This document shows positions 61,872-64,000 of a stretch of 64,000 nucleotides of DNA, one piece after another. The notes beneath the pieces were generated by a model. That model searched no databases, had not been told where the DNA came from, and worked only from the letters and a program-made list of their open reading frames with translations. The DNA lies in NCBI RefSeq assembly GCF_009834535.1, contig NC_045696.1:106146001-106210000 (forward strand). The letters are read 5' to 3'. Within the stretch, counting starts at the first letter, position 1. Every line of letters starts with the position of its first letter. This stretch comes from Camelus ferus (lineage: Eukaryota). A program made the translations under genes and the position numbers.

Positions 61872-64000
61872 TTTGGTTCTGGTTCCAGCCAAGATGGAGT
61901 ATCAGGGACCAGATCTATCTTGTCACTGGAAACAACCAAAAAACGAACAACATATATGAAACTGGATTTCAAGACACTGGACATCAGGCAACAAAGGACA
62001 GTGACCCCTAAGAGATGGGATACAAGAGAGGAGGTCATCTGAATGCCTAGCTGACTGCCCTGGGAGAGCTTCCAGGCCACAGAACTGGGATGAGAAACCC
62101 AGGGATGAGGAACGTCATTTTATAATAATAAAAGGGTCAATTTATCAAGAGGATGTTTCCTTCTTAAAGATTTATGCACTTCACAACAGAGTGCCAAAAT
62201 ACACGTAGCAAAAACTGATCGAACTAAAAGGAAAAAAATATAGGTATATCCATAATCATACTCTGAAATTCAACAGACCTCTCTCAATAACTGACAGAAC
62301 AAGTAGACAGAAAATCAATAAGGCTATAGAAGACTTGGAGAACATTATCTACCAACTTGATCTAACTGACATTCATAGAACACCCCACCCAGCAACAGCA
62401 AGGATACACATTCTTTTCATGTGCACATGGACTATTTACCAAGATAGACCATATCCTGAGTCATAAAACAAGCCTCAATAAATTTAAAAGAATTCAAATT
62501 ATACTGTATGTTCTCTGACACAATGAAATTAAAATAGAAATCAATCCCAGAAAGATCTCTGGAAAATTCCTAAATAGTTGAAAATAAATAATATACCTCT
62601 AAATAACCGATGGAGCAAAGAAGATATCAAAAGAGAAATTAAAAAGTATTTTTAACCAAATAAAAATGAAACCACAACATATTATAATTTGTGGGACAGA
62701 GCTAAATAAGTAGTTGGGGGAAATTATAGCACCAAAATGAACATCTTATTATTAAAAATGAAAAGTTCAAATCAATGACATCAGCTTCCACTTTAAGAAG
62801 CTAGAAAAAGCAGAGAAAATTAAATCCAAAGTAGGCAGGCAAAAGGAAATAATAAACATTAGAGTAGAAATCAATAGGATCAAATGGGAAAAGTCAATGG
62901 ACTCAAAAGCTGGTTCTTTGTGAAAATCAATGACGTTGATAAATCTCTAGCCAGGATTAGGAAAAAAGATGACACAAATTACTAATATTGGAAATGTGAG
63001 AGGTAACATCATTATGAATTCTACAGATATGAAAAGGATAATAAGAGAATATTAAGAACAACTTGATGTCAATACTTTTGTTAACTTTGATGAATTGATC
63101 AAGCTTTTGAAAGACACAAACTACAAAAGCTTACTGGAGAGTAGATAACCTGAATAGCCCTATATCTATTAAAGAAATTAAATCTGTAGTTAAAAATCTT
63201 CCCACAAAGAAAACTCCATGCCCAGATGTCTTCATAGATGAACTCTACTAAGCATATAAGGAAGAAATAATATCAATATTGTTCAAACTCTTCCAGAAAA
63301 TTGAAGAAGAGCGCATACTTGAGCGCATCTCAAGTCATTCTATAAAGCCAGCATTACTCATACATTACAAGAAAACTACAGACCGATACCTCTCAAGAAT
63401 ATAGACGCAACAATTCTAAACAAAATTTTAGCAAATCAAAGCCAATAATATACAAGAAGCCAACATACCATGATCAAGTGGGGTTTATCCCAGGAATACA
63501 ATTTTGGCTTAACACTGGAAAATTTAATCAATGTAATTTACCATATTAAAGATTAAAAAGAAAGCCTATACGATTATCTCAATAGATACAGAAAACACAT
63601 TTGACAAAAATCCAGCATCCTCTCCTGATAAAAACTCTCAGCAACTAGGAACAGAAAAGTATTTCCTCAACCTGATAAAGGTTATCTATAAAAACCTTAT
63701 GGCTAACATCACACTTAATGCTGAGAGACTAAAAGCTTTCACCCTAAGAGCAAGAACAAGACAAGTATGTGTTTAAGTCACAGAAATAAGACAAGAAAAA
63801 TAAATAGAAGCCATCCAGATTGGTAAGGAAGAAGTAAAACTATCTTTACTCATAGACACAATCATCTCTGTAGAAAATGCAATAGAATCTACAAAAAAGC
63901 CACTAGAACGAATAAGTAATTAGCAAGGATGTGGGTTACAATATATAAAATTCTATTGTATTTCTATATTTAGCAATAAACAATTGAAAACTGAAAATAA
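61872..64000 (+). mobile_element. L1 (L1M-type): 5'UTR start fused to ORF2, running off the window end, antisense to MRAS
   Basis: tctggttccagccaagatggagta 5' terminus. From ~62100, ORF2 motifs: ccaagatagaccatatcctg, gtatgttctctgacacaatgaaatt, catgatcaagtggggtttatcccagg, ctatctttactcatagac. Confidence 0.88.

Overview
Mammalian, not microbial, DNA. Five copies of a tRNA-Ala-derived SINE (vic-1-like) point to a camelid genome. The window is syntenic with human 3q22.3. On the minus strand lie MRAS coding exons 3-6 (45898-38033, all GT-AG; 154/100/80/100 nt) with a ~3.2 kb 3'UTR, then ~27 kb of repeat-rich intergenic DNA, then the CpG-island promoter and first coding exon of ESYT3 (7303-6977). 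The MRAS start-codon exon and ESYT3 exon 2 onward were not found and presumably lie outside the window. The other ORFs in the track appear to be chance ORFs or repeat fragments. I found no new multi-gene system. The best oddities are: (1) a perfect 5' half of tRNA-Glu(CTC) retroposed without a tail between 18-bp target-site duplications; (2) an unexplained ~86-bp inverted repeat pair 1.8 kb apart; (3) a MER41-like solo LTR with an altered STAT motif; (4) a 34-nt duplication in the ESYT3 leader that repositions a uORF stop; (5) a scrambled L1; (6) two micro-retroinsertions; (7) an MRAS Y92F difference from the recalled human sequence. Repeat family names come from recalled consensus sequences, not from a RepeatMasker run, and most repeat boundaries are approximate.
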